Assembly (NCBI GenBank): GCA_965207225.1
Contig: CBDBLV010000004.1
Location: forward strand, 96,001 to 160,000
Source: Dehalococcoidia bacterium
GTDB lineage: Bacteria > Chloroflexota > Dehalococcoidia > Plut-88900
Direction of reading: 5' to 3'
DNA length: 64,000 nucleotides
Part shown: positions 29,573 through 39,446 of the stretch, one piece after another
Position numbering within the stretch: position 1 is the first letter of the stretch
Layout: the number at the start of each line of letters is the position of its first letter
The notes under the pieces: model-generated
What the model was told of the DNA's origin: nothing
Databases searched by the model: none
The model's input: only the letters and a program-made list of their open reading frames with translations
Program-made: the position numbers and the translations under genes

Positions 29573-30286
29573 TTAAGTGCGGATCATGATGCCGCCGTCT
29601 ACGAAGAAGGGTTCGCCGGTAGTGAAGGAGCAGGAGTCGGAGGCGAGATAGACGAGGACGCCGGCAAGGTCCTCGGGCCTGCCCCAGCGCTGGGTCGGGA
29701 TGTAGCGCCGGACCTTGTCGGGGAGGGCGTCATCGGAGTCGACGATCCAGCCGCCGACGATGGCGTTGACGCGGATGTTGTCCCGGGCCCACTCGAGGCC
29801 CAGGGCCCGGGTGAGGTGAATGACCCCCGCCTGGGCGGCGGAGAAGGCGGCCTCGTTGACAACCACCCGGGCACCCAGGCCGGAGGCAATATTGACGATG
29901 TGGCCGCTCTGCTGGGCGAGCATGCGGCCGGAGGCAGCCTGACAGGAGACAAAGACAGAGTCTAGGTTATGGTCTATTGCCCTGCGCCATTCTTCGTAGG
30001 ACATTTCGGAGAGGGGCTTGGCGAAGTCTTCCGCAAGGTCATTGACCAGGATGTCAATGCCAGCCATTCCGGCCATGGCGCTGGCAACGGCGGGCTGGAG
30101 GCCGGATGCATCCCGGAACCAGGGGACTGCAGCGGAGGCGGGGGGAGGGGTGACTCCCTCCGGGTGGACGACGGTGAGGATTGCGCCGGCTTCGGTCAGG
30201 GCGTCAGCCAGGACGGAGGCGTTGATGCCGCAACGGGTGACCAGGACGGTCTTCTTGTCCTTAAGGTTGAAGGGAGCGGGGGACAT
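29573..30286 (-). CDS. SDR family oxidoreductase (degenerate motifs)
   Basis: IVNIAS, NIRVNAI, RWGRPED and VDGG are present, but TGxxxGxG and YxxxK are degenerate (TRCG, FSAAQ). Confidence 0.8.
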   Translation of the reverse strand: MSPAPFNLKDKKTVLVTRCGINASVLADALTEAGAILTVVHPEGVTPPPASAAVPWFRDASGLQPAVASAMAGMAGIDILVNDLAEDFAKPLSEMSYEEWRRAIDHNLDSVFVSCQAASGRMLAQQSGHIVNIASGLGARVVVNEAAFSAAQAGVIHLTRALGLEWARDNIRVNAIVGGWIVDSDDALPDKVRRYIPTQRWGRPEDLAGVLVYLASDSCSFTTGEPFFVDGGIMIRT

Positions 30287-30287
30287 G

Positions 30288-31103
30288 TCAGGCCTCCGGG
30301 GTCGGGGTGAGGGGCTGGTAGCCCCATGGCGCGTATGCGCCGATGAGGGCAGCGCCGTCCACCATGACGTTCTCGCCGGTCATGTAGGAAGAGGCATCGG
30401 AGCAGAGGAGGAGGACGAGGTCGACGAGATCCCTGGCCGTAGCGACGTAGCCCACGGGGATGAAACGGTGGGAACGATCTTCTATGGGCTTTTCCATGTC
30501 CTCCGGGAGGGTGTGGAAGAGGCCGGGGACGACGCAGTTGACGTTGACGTTGTCCCGGGCCCACTGCATGGCAAGGACCCGAGTTAGCTGGATGACGCCC
30601 GCCTTGGCCACACCGTACATGACCTGACCGCGTTGGGTGCCATAGCCGAATCCCGACGAAACGTTGATGATCTTTCCATACTGCTGCTCGACCATGTACT
30701 TGCCCGCGGCCCGGGCACAGAAAAAGGAGCCTGTGAGCTCGCCGTCTATGCCCCTGTGCCAAACCTCGTCGGTGATTTCCCAGACGGCTTTTTCAGGGTC
30801 GTCGGCGCCGGAGATTCCGGCGTTGTTGATGAGGATATCGATGCGGCCGAAATGGGAGACGGTACGGTCTACGAGGGCATTTACCTGGGAGGAGTCGGTG
30901 ACATCGGTGGGGACGGCTAAAGCCCTATGCCCCGTGGCATGTATGTCGTCCACAGTCTGCTGGAGGGGCCCTGGTCTACGACCTGCTACAACGACCGAAG
31001 CGCCGAGCTTGCCCAGCCCAATGGCCACCTCCCTGCCCAGACCCGAGCCACCGCCCGTGACAAGGGCCACGCGTCCCGAAAAGTCGTATGGGTCAGTAGT
31101 CAT
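30288..31103 (-). CDS. SDR family oxidoreductase
   Basis: TGGGSGLG, NNAG and YGVAKAG. Confidence 0.92.
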   Translation of the reverse strand: MTTDPYDFSGRVALVTGGGSGLGREVAIGLGKLGASVVVAGRRPGPLQQTVDDIHATGHRALAVPTDVTDSSQVNALVDRTVSHFGRIDILINNAGISGADDPEKAVWEITDEVWHRGIDGELTGSFFCARAAGKYMVEQQYGKIINVSSGFGYGTQRGQVMYGVAKAGVIQLTRVLAMQWARDNVNVNCVVPGLFHTLPEDMEKPIEDRSHRFIPVGYVATARDLVDLVLLLCSDASSYMTGENVMVDGAALIGAYAPWGYQPLTPTPEA

Positions 31104-31113
31104 CAGTTCAGCC

Positions 31114-31920
31114 TCAAGTGTGCAGGGTCACTTCGCCGGAAACGAGGGTTTTGAGTTCGCCGTCTTCGGTGCGGAGAAGCAGTCGGCCGAACTCGTCAAC
31201 GTCTTTAGCGAGGCCCACTTCGACGAAACCGGCCATGTCCTCCCTGCGCCATTGTACACGAACCTGCTGTCCCAAGGTGACCAGATATGAGCGCCACAGG
31301 TCCAACAGGTCCGCGCCTGAGAGGGCTTCCAAATAGAGTTTCTCCAGGTGAAAAAGGAGCGCGCAGAAGACTTGGACACGGGAGACGGGTTGGCCTAGCT
31401 GGGCACGTAGCGCTGTAGCAGGTGGAGAGATTTGGGCGAGGGATTCGGGGGTCTGGTTTACATTGATGCCTATGCCTGCGTTGACGTAGGGCTTGCCGCT
31501 GCGGTCTCGGCTGGAGGTGAGGAGAATACCCGAGGTCTTCTTGCCATTGAGCAAAACATCATTGGGCCACTTGATGCGCGGTTCCAGGCACGTGGCGGTC
31601 TCTATGGCGCGGGCGACGGCGAGGGAACAGACGATGTGGAGCCGGGCGGTGATGGGGGGTGGGGGGCGCAGGATGATGGAAACGGCAATGGTGGTGTTTT
31701 TCTCGGCGACCCACTCCCGTTCGAAGCGGCCGCGGCCGGCAGTCTGGTCATCGGCCACAACAGCCGTGCCCTCGGGGGCGCCGGCCAGGGCCTTCATGTC
31801 GGCGACGTCCATGGTGGTGGGGAGGGATTCGTAGAAGAAAAGCTCGCGGCCGATGAAGGAAGTGGAGAGGTTGCGGCTTATGAAGTCGTAGGTGAAGGGT
31901 TCGGAGTCGGAAGGGGTCAA
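31114..31920 (-). CDS. birA: Biotin-[acetyl-CoA carboxylase] ligase (no HTH domain)
   Basis: QTAGRGR, KWPND, KKTSGIL, GIGINVN and SGEV. The TTG start overlaps the upstream stop. Confidence 0.93.
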   Translation of the reverse strand: MTPSDSEPFTYDFISRNLSTSFIGRELFFYESLPTTMDVADMKALAGAPEGTAVVADDQTAGRGRFEREWVAEKNTTIAVSIILRPPPPITARLHIVCSLAVARAIETATCLEPRIKWPNDVLLNGKKTSGILLTSSRDRSGKPYVNAGIGINVNQTPESLAQISPPATALRAQLGQPVSRVQVFCALLFHLEKLYLEALSGADLLDLWRSYLVTLGQQVRVQWRREDMAGFVEVGLAKDVDEFGRLLLRTEDGELKTLVSGEVTLHT

Positions 31921-33446
31921 GAAGCGAGCTCCATGTCCCTGAGGATGGCGTGAGCGGCGTTGTGGCCAGGGGCACCGGAAACGTAGCCGCCCGGGTGAGT
32001 GCCAGCGCCGCAAAGATAGTAGTTTGCGATGGGAGTGCGGTAACTGTTCCAGCCGCGGAGGGGCCGGGAGGCGAAGAATTGCTGGGGAGTCATGTCCAAG
32101 TGGAGAATATCGGCGTTGGTCATGCCGAGCTCCCCGATTATATCGAGCGGAGTTAGGACCTGCCTGTCGATAATGGCGCCCCTGATGTTGGGGGCGTAGA
32201 CGGAGAGGGCGTCCACGATGAGATCGGCTGCCTGGTCCCGGGCGTCGTCCCAAGAACCGTCGGCGAGATGGAGGGCAGCGGTCTCGACCCATACGGACAT
32301 ACTGTGCTTGCTCTCGGGGGCCATGGAAGGGTCGATAGCTGAAGGGATTTGCATAATCATGGAGGGATGGTGGGGAAGACGGCCGGCATCGGCGTCGGCG
32401 CGGCCGGCTTTGACGTAGTCGAGGCCCGGGCACATCCTCACCCTACCCAGGTAGCTGAGCTGCCATTCATCGCCGAAATAGTGGCTAAGGTCTGGGGGTT
32501 CGGAGAGGGAGGCGTGGAGCTTCATGGAGGCCCGCATGTTTTTCAGGGAGCGGATACTGGCCCGGAAGTCGCCGGGCAGGTGCGCATCGTCGACGATATT
32601 CAGAAATGACTGCTTGGGGTCGAGGTTGGAGACGACGGTACCGGCGCGAACCTGGCGTCCGTCGGAGAGCTCAACGCCGATGGCTGAGCCGTTTTCGACG
32701 AGGACGCGTCGGACCTCGGCGCTGGTCTCGAAGTGGGCCCCGTGGGAGCGGGCAGCGGCCTCGATGGCGCGGGGCAGGCTTCCCATGCCGCCCCGGACGA
32801 TGCCCTGGCAGCGGGGGTCACCGAAGCGGGCGGTCTCCAGGCGGGCGAAAAAGAGGGGGGCGTCGTTGAAGGAGAAGGCGAACACGCCCTTGACCTGCTC
32901 GGACTCGAAGTATTGGTCGAGCATGTCGTAGGCGGAGCCGAAGAGGATACTTTCGAGGATAGCCTCGTCGTCGGTACCCTGGACGGAGGCCATTAACTCG
33001 GCAAGGGTGGGTGGTTCGCTAAGCATGTAGGGGTAGATGATTCCGGCGGCACGTTCCCAGAAGGCGGCCCATTTGAGGTAGGCGTCGCCGTCGGGGCGGT
33101 AGATGCGGGCGATTTCTTCGGCGGTCTGTTCATCGGTGTTCCAGACGCGGACGGCCCGGCCGTCGGGGAAGGGATGGATGCGTTCGGGGTCGAGGTTGAG
33201 GATGTGGAGGCCATGCTTTTCGAGCTCAAGGTCCTGGACGACCTTACCTTCAAGGAGGAGGGAGGCATAGGAGTAGCGGGGGACCCGGAAGCCGGGGAAG
33301 ATTTCGTCGGTCTGGGTTGCGCCGCCGACGATTGCATTACGCTCGAGACCTAGGACTCGGAGGCCGGCTTTGGCGAGGTATGCGGCGGCGGTGAGGCCGT
33401 TGTGGCCTGCACCGATGATGATTACGTCGTAGTCGGTATCAGGCAA
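31917..33446 (-). CDS. Phytoene dehydrogenase-like NAD(P)/FAD oxidoreductase
   Basis: IGAGHNGL, GGMGSL and YLCGAGTHPGGYVSGAPGHNAA. Confidence 0.88.
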   Translation of the reverse strand: MPDTDYDVIIIGAGHNGLTAAAYLAKAGLRVLGLERNAIVGGATQTDEIFPGFRVPRYSYASLLLEGKVVQDLELEKHGLHILNLDPERIHPFPDGRAVRVWNTDEQTAEEIARIYRPDGDAYLKWAAFWERAAGIIYPYMLSEPPTLAELMASVQGTDDEAILESILFGSAYDMLDQYFESEQVKGVFAFSFNDAPLFFARLETARFGDPRCQGIVRGGMGSLPRAIEAAARSHGAHFETSAEVRRVLVENGSAIGVELSDGRQVRAGTVVSNLDPKQSFLNIVDDAHLPGDFRASIRSLKNMRASMKLHASLSEPPDLSHYFGDEWQLSYLGRVRMCPGLDYVKAGRADADAGRLPHHPSMIMQIPSAIDPSMAPESKHSMSVWVETAALHLADGSWDDARDQAADLIVDALSVYAPNIRGAIIDRQVLTPLDIIGELGMTNADILHLDMTPQQFFASRPLRGWNSYRTPIANYYLCGAGTHPGGYVSGAPGHNAAHAILRDMELAS

Positions 33447-33591
33447 GGGTGCGCTCCCTGCGGAATTTCGGGGAATGGTAAGGGGCGGGGGTGGAGGGGG
33501 TCAATATGGGATGAGGCTCGGGGTGACGGGGCGGGGAGGGGGTGGGTATAATCGCCGTCATCCCAAGGTAGATAAAACGAGGAGACCACCT

Positions 33592-34623
33592 ATGAAATTC
33601 GGGGCTTTCTTTCTTAATCAATCGCCAGAGATGAGGCCGGCGGAGGAAGTCTACGCCCGCACCGTGGACATGGCGGCGTTCGCCGACCAGCTGGGGTTTG
33701 ACTCGGTGTGGCTGGCGGAGCACCACTTTTCCAGCTATGGCTACTGCCCGAACCCCCTGCTGATGGCCGTGAAGCTGGCGGAAAGAACCAGGAAAGCCCG
33801 GATCGGCATAGCGGTGATGGTGGTACCCTTCTACCACCCGCTGAGGCTGGCGGAGGAGATTGGGATGGCGGACCAGCTGACCGAGGGACGGATGGACTTG
33901 GGGGTGGGGCGGGGTTATCAGCCTTACGAATTCAACAGGTTCGGGGTGCCGATAAAGGAGAACTTCGAGCGGTTCAACGAATACATGGAGATCGTGACAC
34001 GGTGCCTGTCGGGGGAGGGGTTGGCATACAATGGGAAGTACTTCCGGTTCCCGACGACGTGGACGTTCCCCGGGGCCCTACAGAAGCCGCATCCTCCCTT
34101 CTGGCATGCCGGAAGCAGCCCAGCCAGCATGAGGCTGAGCGGCGAGCGCGGCTACCACACTATCTGCTCGGGTCCGATGGAGAATTTGAAGAGCAATAAC
34201 CGGACTTTCAAGGAGGCGCTGGAGGCCAACGGCTGGGGCGAGAGGGAGTTCACGATCCTGAGACACACCTATGTCTCCCACGACCCGGAAGAGGCGGCGG
34301 GCCAGTTCGAGAACGGGATGTACGTGAGGAGGACGGCGGGCCGGCTCCGGGCGGGGACGGAGAGGGTGGTTGGGGGTCGGGCGTTTTCCGACCCGCTACC
34401 CGATGAGGCGCCGATGGAGGAGCTTCTCGAGACCACGCTGATGCTGGGCACGCCCGAGGAGTGCATACGCAAGATCCGGGCCTTCAAGGAAGAGGCGGGT
34501 GTGACAACGCTGCTCTGCCAGTTCGACATCGGGGGGCTGGAGACGGAGAGGGCGATGGTGTCGATGGAGCTGTTTGCGAAAGAGGTGATGCCCGCGCTCC
34601 GGGCGGCAGGGGTGGGGGTTTAG
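33592..34623 (+). CDS. LLM-class flavin-dependent oxidoreductase
   Basis: MKFG, WLAEHHF, HPLRLAEE, GRMDLGVGRG and FAKEVMP. Confidence 0.93.
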   Translation: MKFGAFFLNQSPEMRPAEEVYARTVDMAAFADQLGFDSVWLAEHHFSSYGYCPNPLLMAVKLAERTRKARIGIAVMVVPFYHPLRLAEEIGMADQLTEGRMDLGVGRGYQPYEFNRFGVPIKENFERFNEYMEIVTRCLSGEGLAYNGKYFRFPTTWTFPGALQKPHPPFWHAGSSPASMRLSGERGYHTICSGPMENLKSNNRTFKEALEANGWGEREFTILRHTYVSHDPEEAAGQFENGMYVRRTAGRLRAGTERVVGGRAFSDPLPDEAPMEELLETTLMLGTPEECIRKIRAFKEEAGVTTLLCQFDIGGLETERAMVSMELFAKEVMPALRAAGVGV

Positions 34624-34676
34624 GGCGCTATTCGACATGACCATGGTGGGAAGAACACGGGGGCGCGCTAGCCCCA

Positions 34677-34713
34677 CCGCTCATACTTCGAGAGTCTCAG
34701 CACGAGCGGCCCC
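34677..34713 (+). repeat. REP-like palindrome (CGCTC family)
   Basis: CCGCTCATACTTCGAGAGTCTCAGCACGAGCGGCCCC, nearly identical to the copy at 6461. Confidence 0.85.
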
Positions 34714-34787
34714 ACAGCCCCACCGGGTTGGACTCATTGCCGGGGCAGGCTGAGATTTCCCCGGGACTGCAAGAGGAATGAAAGGAA

Positions 34788-35708
34788 GTGGGTTTGAATA
34801 AGGAACGGGTTGTTTACATCAATGGGGAGATAGTGCCGGAGAGCGAAGCGAAAGTCTCGATCCAGGACAGGGGTTTCAAGATGGGCGACGCGGTGTTCGA
34901 CAACACGCGGACGTTCAACGGCAAGGTATTCAAGGTCAGGGAGCACCTCGACAGGCTGTACAGGTCTTGCCGGTACCTGAGGCTTGACCCCGGCATGACC
35001 AAAGAGCGGATGGCGGAGCTCACCCACCAGGTGGTGGAGGCGAACCTGCCGTTCTTGGAAGAGGGTGGCGACTACTGGGTTATCCAGAGGGTGACCAGAG
35101 GCGTCGATCCACCTTCACACAACCCGAACGAGACTGGCAGCAGCACGGTGATTATCCAGACTGACCCGATACCGTTCAGGCAGAGGGCAAACCTGTACCG
35201 GGACGGGATCCGGGTGATCACCCCTTCAGTTCGGCGGACGCCGCCTTCATCGATGAGTCCCCGGGCGAAGACACACAATTATGTAAATATGGTGCTGGCG
35301 GACCTGGAGGTGAAAGCGCAGGACCCGGAGGCCTGGGCCGTGTTGCTAAACGAAAGCGGCACCCTGGCCGAAGGGGCGGGGAGCAACATCTTCCTGGTGA
35401 AGAACGGGGCAATACACACGCCTATAGACCGGTTTACGTTGGAAGGCATCAGCCGACAGACGGTGCTGGACCTGGCCCGGGAGTTGGGCATCGAAACGGT
35501 GGAGACGGACCTGGACCTGTTCGACGCTTACAACGCCGATGAGGTATTCATTACGTCAACAAGTTTGTGCATCTGTCCGGTTTCGAGCGTGAACGGTGCA
35601 CCGATTGCGGACAGTCGGGTGCCGGGGCCGGTGACGTCGAGGCTGGAAAGGGCGTACAGCGGGTTTGTCGGTGTGGATATCTTCGATCAGTACTTATCGA
35701 AGTTGTAG
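34788..35708 (+). CDS. Aminotransferase class IV (BCAT/D-amino-acid aminotransferase-like)
   Basis: DRGFKMGDAVFD, EHLDRL, KTHNY, EGAGSN, LEGISR and ADEVFITST. Confidence 0.92.
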   Translation: MGLNKERVVYINGEIVPESEAKVSIQDRGFKMGDAVFDNTRTFNGKVFKVREHLDRLYRSCRYLRLDPGMTKERMAELTHQVVEANLPFLEEGGDYWVIQRVTRGVDPPSHNPNETGSSTVIIQTDPIPFRQRANLYRDGIRVITPSVRRTPPSSMSPRAKTHNYVNMVLADLEVKAQDPEAWAVLLNESGTLAEGAGSNIFLVKNGAIHTPIDRFTLEGISRQTVLDLARELGIETVETDLDLFDAYNADEVFITSTSLCICPVSSVNGAPIADSRVPGPVTSRLERAYSGFVGVDIFDQYLSKL

Positions 35709-35733
35709 GGGTGAGATGAAGGGGCCCAGCCCC

Positions 35734-35950
35734 AGATTCCTCGCGAGACTACGGAATGACAGGAAAGGGCGTAGATGGAGCTGGGTGGAAGTGATGGAAT
35801 GGTCGGGCGCGTACCTCCCACTCCCACGCTCATACTTCGAGTCACCTCAGCATGAGCGGCTTCCTCACGGGGATGGATTCGTGCCTCCCCAGTAAAGATA
35901 GTGTGACGATGAGCGACCGGGAAAGGCAAGCACGAGACCTGCCCCTACAG
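35734..35950 (+). repeat. Cluster of REP-like palindromes
   Basis: AGATTCCTCGC..GGAATGAC (35734), CGCTC-type (35826), GGATGGATTC (35871) and GGCAAGCACGAGACCTGCCCCTAC (35925, GTAG-type). Confidence 0.8.
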
Positions 35951-35987
35951 GGAATGGAGAAAAGGTGAAGGAGAGAAAGGGTGGGGG

Positions 35988-36719
35988 CTAGAGTTCCATT
36001 AGGGAGAAGCCGACGGCATAGTCACAGCCGGCGGATTCGCCGATGGCGGCGGCACCGAAGCTGAGGAACATCTCGGGGTCAAAGTCCTGGGAAAGGTTGT
36101 CGATGTAGACCTTGTGCTCCTGGAGGGACGCTATACCCTTGTCTATGGAGTCGGTGACGTCGACGTAGTGGGTGGTGATGGGCGGGGAGGTGGTGAAGAT
36201 GTACTTTAAGTCATGCCAAGGCTCGATACCCTCATCCATGAGCTCGGGGAAGATCCAACGGTTATCGGCGTCCCGGGCGGCATCGAGTACGGCGACGCCG
36301 ACGGCGCGGTGGTCGGCGAAGTTGAAGTTGCCGCCGGGGAAGAACATCTCGAAGTTGCCGCTAATGAGGACGTCGGGCTTGAATTTTCGGATGGCGCGGG
36401 AGATGTCCCGGCGGAGGGGAAGGCCGTATTCGATCACACCGTCCTTGTAGTCGAGGAACTCCACGGAGTCGACCCCCACGACGCGGGCGCTGTTTATCTC
36501 CTCCTGCATGCGGAGCCGGGCGGTTTCGTCGGGGTGCATGGAGTCGATGCCTGCCTCGCCCTTAGTGACCATGAGGTAGCCGACCTCCTTGCCCTGGGAA
36601 GTCCATCGGGCGATGGCGCTGGCTGCGCCGTACTCGAGGTCGTCGGGGTGGGCGGCGATGGCGAGGGCTCGGGACCAGTCTTCGGGGAGGGGGAGGAGCT
36701 TGGCAGGTTGCTCAGGCAT
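35988..36719 (-). CDS. PIG-L/LmbE family deacetylase
   Basis: AHPDD, TKGEAG, ADHR and VDVTD. Confidence 0.9.
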   Translation of the reverse strand: MPEQPAKLLPLPEDWSRALAIAAHPDDLEYGAASAIARWTSQGKEVGYLMVTKGEAGIDSMHPDETARLRMQEEINSARVVGVDSVEFLDYKDGVIEYGLPLRRDISRAIRKFKPDVLISGNFEMFFPGGNFNFADHRAVGVAVLDAARDADNRWIFPELMDEGIEPWHDLKYIFTTSPPITTHYVDVTDSIDKGIASLQEHKVYIDNLSQDFDPEMFLSFGAAAIGESAGCDYAVGFSLMEL

Positions 36720-36797
36720 AGTCTGGGGTCTCCTGTCTGGGGTGTGAGGGAGAGTATATACTAGGCGCCGGAAATCAGCTTTTAACGGCAGACACTC

Positions 36798-38078
36798 ATG
36801 GCATTTGACAAGGACTCGATGGCTCTCGGGCCGTACAAGGCGCTGGACCTGACGGAGGGCGGGTACAACTGGTGCGGGAAGGTGCTGGCCGACCTGGGGG
36901 CGGACGTTATAAAGGTCGAGCCTCCTAGCGGGAGTCCGACCCGCTACCATTGGCCTCTTCACCCGGGCCAAGAGGAGCCCGACAGAAGCTGGTTCTGGGA
37001 AGCCTACTGCTTTAACAAGCGCGGGATTACCCTAGACATTCGGAAGCCGGAAGGGGCTGAGCTGCTGAAGAAACTGGTCTCGGACGTGGATTTCCTGATG
37101 ATCTCGTCTGGGCAGAGGCACATGGAGTCGTTGGGGCTGGGATACGAGGAGCTGAGCAGGGACAATCCGAGGCTGGTGATGGCGTCGATGACGCCGTTCG
37201 GGGAGTCGGGGCCGTATTCGGGGTACAAGGCGACGGACCTTGTATCGTGGGCGATGGGTGGCATGGCATACATTAGCGGGGACTCGGACAGGCCACCGGT
37301 AAGGATCGGCTTTCCACAGGCCGAATTGCACGCCGGGGCGCAGGCCGTGGTGGGTTCGATGTGCGCTTTCTGGAAGGCGCGGAACTCGGGCGAGGGGCAG
37401 GTGGTGGAGGTGTCGACGCAGGTGGCAGTGTACTGGACGATGATGAATGCAGGCCAGTTTCCGCAGCTAGAGGGGTACAACGTAGAGCGGTTGGGGCAGT
37501 ACAACAAGAACGGAGACCTGGACGTTCTGGCCATCTTCCCATGCAAAGACGGATACGTGAGCTTCACGCTGGCAGGGGGCATGCACGGGTTCCGGATGGA
37601 GGGGTTGGTGAGGTGGATGCACGAGGAGGGCGCCGCCCCTGACCTGATGCTGAGCATGGACTGGGAGAAATGGGGAGGCTGGGACGAAGATGAGAGCACG
37701 GGCCCACCGGGAGAGAAAGAGCAGCAAGAGATCAATATGGTTGCGGGACATATCCGTGACTTCTTCATGACCAAGACCCGAGATGAGCTTTTCGACCGAT
37801 CCATCCAGGAAAGGGTGCTCCTAGCCCCCTGCAATGCGGCCAACGACGTACTGCAAGACGTTCAACTAGAAGCTCGTGGGTACTGGTTGAAGGCCGACAC
37901 GAGGGGCCAGGAAAATCCTCTCAGCTTTCCTGGGCGCTATATTTCGATGCCGGAGTGCCCGATATCGTTCAGGCATCGGGCGCCAGGCGTGGGGGAACAC
38001 AACCGGGAGGTGTTTATCGACGAATTGGGGCTGGAGGAGGCGGAGTTCAAGTCGTTGAGGGAGTCGGGGGTGATATAG
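36798..38078 (+). CDS. Family III CoA-transferase (CaiB/BaiF), BbsE-like subunit
   Basis: LADLGADVIKVEPP, NKRGITLD and APGVGEHN. The catalytic Asp position appears substituted (QAELHAG). Confidence 0.88.
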   Translation: MAFDKDSMALGPYKALDLTEGGYNWCGKVLADLGADVIKVEPPSGSPTRYHWPLHPGQEEPDRSWFWEAYCFNKRGITLDIRKPEGAELLKKLVSDVDFLMISSGQRHMESLGLGYEELSRDNPRLVMASMTPFGESGPYSGYKATDLVSWAMGGMAYISGDSDRPPVRIGFPQAELHAGAQAVVGSMCAFWKARNSGEGQVVEVSTQVAVYWTMMNAGQFPQLEGYNVERLGQYNKNGDLDVLAIFPCKDGYVSFTLAGGMHGFRMEGLVRWMHEEGAAPDLMLSMDWEKWGGWDEDESTGPPGEKEQQEINMVAGHIRDFFMTKTRDELFDRSIQERVLLAPCNAANDVLQDVQLEARGYWLKADTRGQENPLSFPGRYISMPECPISFRHRAPGVGEHNREVFIDELGLEEAEFKSLRESGVI

Positions 38079-38109
38079 GGTGGTACCGGGCGAGGACACG
38101 GGTAAGGGG

Positions 38110-39360
38110 ATGGCCCTGGAAGGGCTGAAGGTCCTGGACTTCACGTGGGTGGCGGTCGGGCCGATCACGATCAAATATCTGGCCGACAACGGGGCCACTG
38201 TCATCAGGGTGGAGTCGGTGACTCGACGCGACGACCTGCGAGGGGCGCCGCCACACAAGGACGGGGTCCCGGGAATCAACCGTAGCCAGTTTCCAGCGTC
38301 TTACAACACGAGCAAGTACGGGCTGGGCGTCAACATGTCCAAGCCAGAGGCCCGGGCCGTGATCCGAAGGCTGATCAAGACCTGGCAGCCCGACGTGGTG
38401 TCGGAGAGCTTCACGCCGCCAGTGAAGAAGAGGTGGGGGCTGGACTACGAGAGCCTGAGAGAACTGAAGGAAGACATCATCCTGTTCAGCGCGTGTCAGC
38501 AGGGCCAGACCGGGCCGAAGGCGGCGTTTGCGGGTTTCGGGATGCAGGCGGCGGCGCATGCGGGCTTCTACCACCTGACGGGCTGGCCCGACCGAGGCCC
38601 CTTGCCGCCTTACGGGGCATACAGCGACTTTATCAACCCCCCGAACGGAGCGGCGGCGATCCTGGCAGCACTGGAGTACAGGGACAGAACGGGCAGAGGA
38701 CAGCATATTGATTTGGCACAGTTTGAGTGTGCGATCCAGTATTTGTCGCCGCTGGTGCTGGACTACCAGATGACGGGTCAAGCGATGACTCGCAATGGAA
38801 ATGGGGACCCTGGCTACGCGCCACATGGGGTCTACCCCTGCGCGACCCCGGAAAATGAACCGGAGAAGCCGATACGCACGGGCGGGCACTGGTGTGCAAT
38901 TGCGGTAACCAGGGAGGAGGAGTGGGGGGCACTGTGTGAGTCGATGGGGATGCCGGAGTTGAAGAGGGACAGACGGTTTGAATCGATGGGGAAGAGGTTG
39001 GAGAACTCGGAAGAGTTGGACGGGATAATATCGGGGTGGACGTCTGGGTTTGAGTCCCGGGAGCTGATGGAGAAGCTACAAGAGGCGGGGGTCCCGGCGG
39101 GGGTGGTGCAGAGCCAGTCGGAGTTGTGGAACGACCCGCAGCTGGCGCATCTCGGGTTCTTTCAGATGCTGGAGCACACGGAATGCGGCCTCATGCCCTA
39201 CGACGGCCTACATTTCCAGCTATCGAAGACTCCGGCCCGGTTGAGGTGGGCGCAGGCACTTATCGGGGAGCACAACGAGTTCGTGCTGAAGGAGTTCGCG
39301 GGGCTGGACGATGATGAGATTGCGGAGCTTATTGCGGCGGAGGCGCTGGAGTTTTCTTAG
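38110..39360 (+). CDS. Family III CoA-transferase (CaiB/BaiF), BbsF-like subunit
   Basis: LEGLKVLDF, LADNGATVIRVES, AYSD (catalytic Asp), GQHIDL and GEHN. Confidence 0.9.
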   Translation: MALEGLKVLDFTWVAVGPITIKYLADNGATVIRVESVTRRDDLRGAPPHKDGVPGINRSQFPASYNTSKYGLGVNMSKPEARAVIRRLIKTWQPDVVSESFTPPVKKRWGLDYESLRELKEDIILFSACQQGQTGPKAAFAGFGMQAAAHAGFYHLTGWPDRGPLPPYGAYSDFINPPNGAAAILAALEYRDRTGRGQHIDLAQFECAIQYLSPLVLDYQMTGQAMTRNGNGDPGYAPHGVYPCATPENEPEKPIRTGGHWCAIAVTREEEWGALCESMGMPELKRDRRFESMGKRLENSEELDGIISGWTSGFESRELMEKLQEAGVPAGVVQSQSELWNDPQLAHLGFFQMLEHTECGLMPYDGLHFQLSKTPARLRWAQALIGEHNEFVLKEFAGLDDDEIAELIAAEALEFS

Positions 39361-39446
39361 GAAAATCTCATCCTCACCTTAGCCCATTTTCGTCAAGGGA
39401 GAGGGAGTAAGATCCCGCTCCACTAACCCTCGGGCACTGATTGAAT

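Noticed and set aside
31917-33446. Carotenoid biosynthesis (crtI)
   Set aside because: No crtB or crtE nearby. The sequence fits the broad phytoene-dehydrogenase-like family of unknown substrate.
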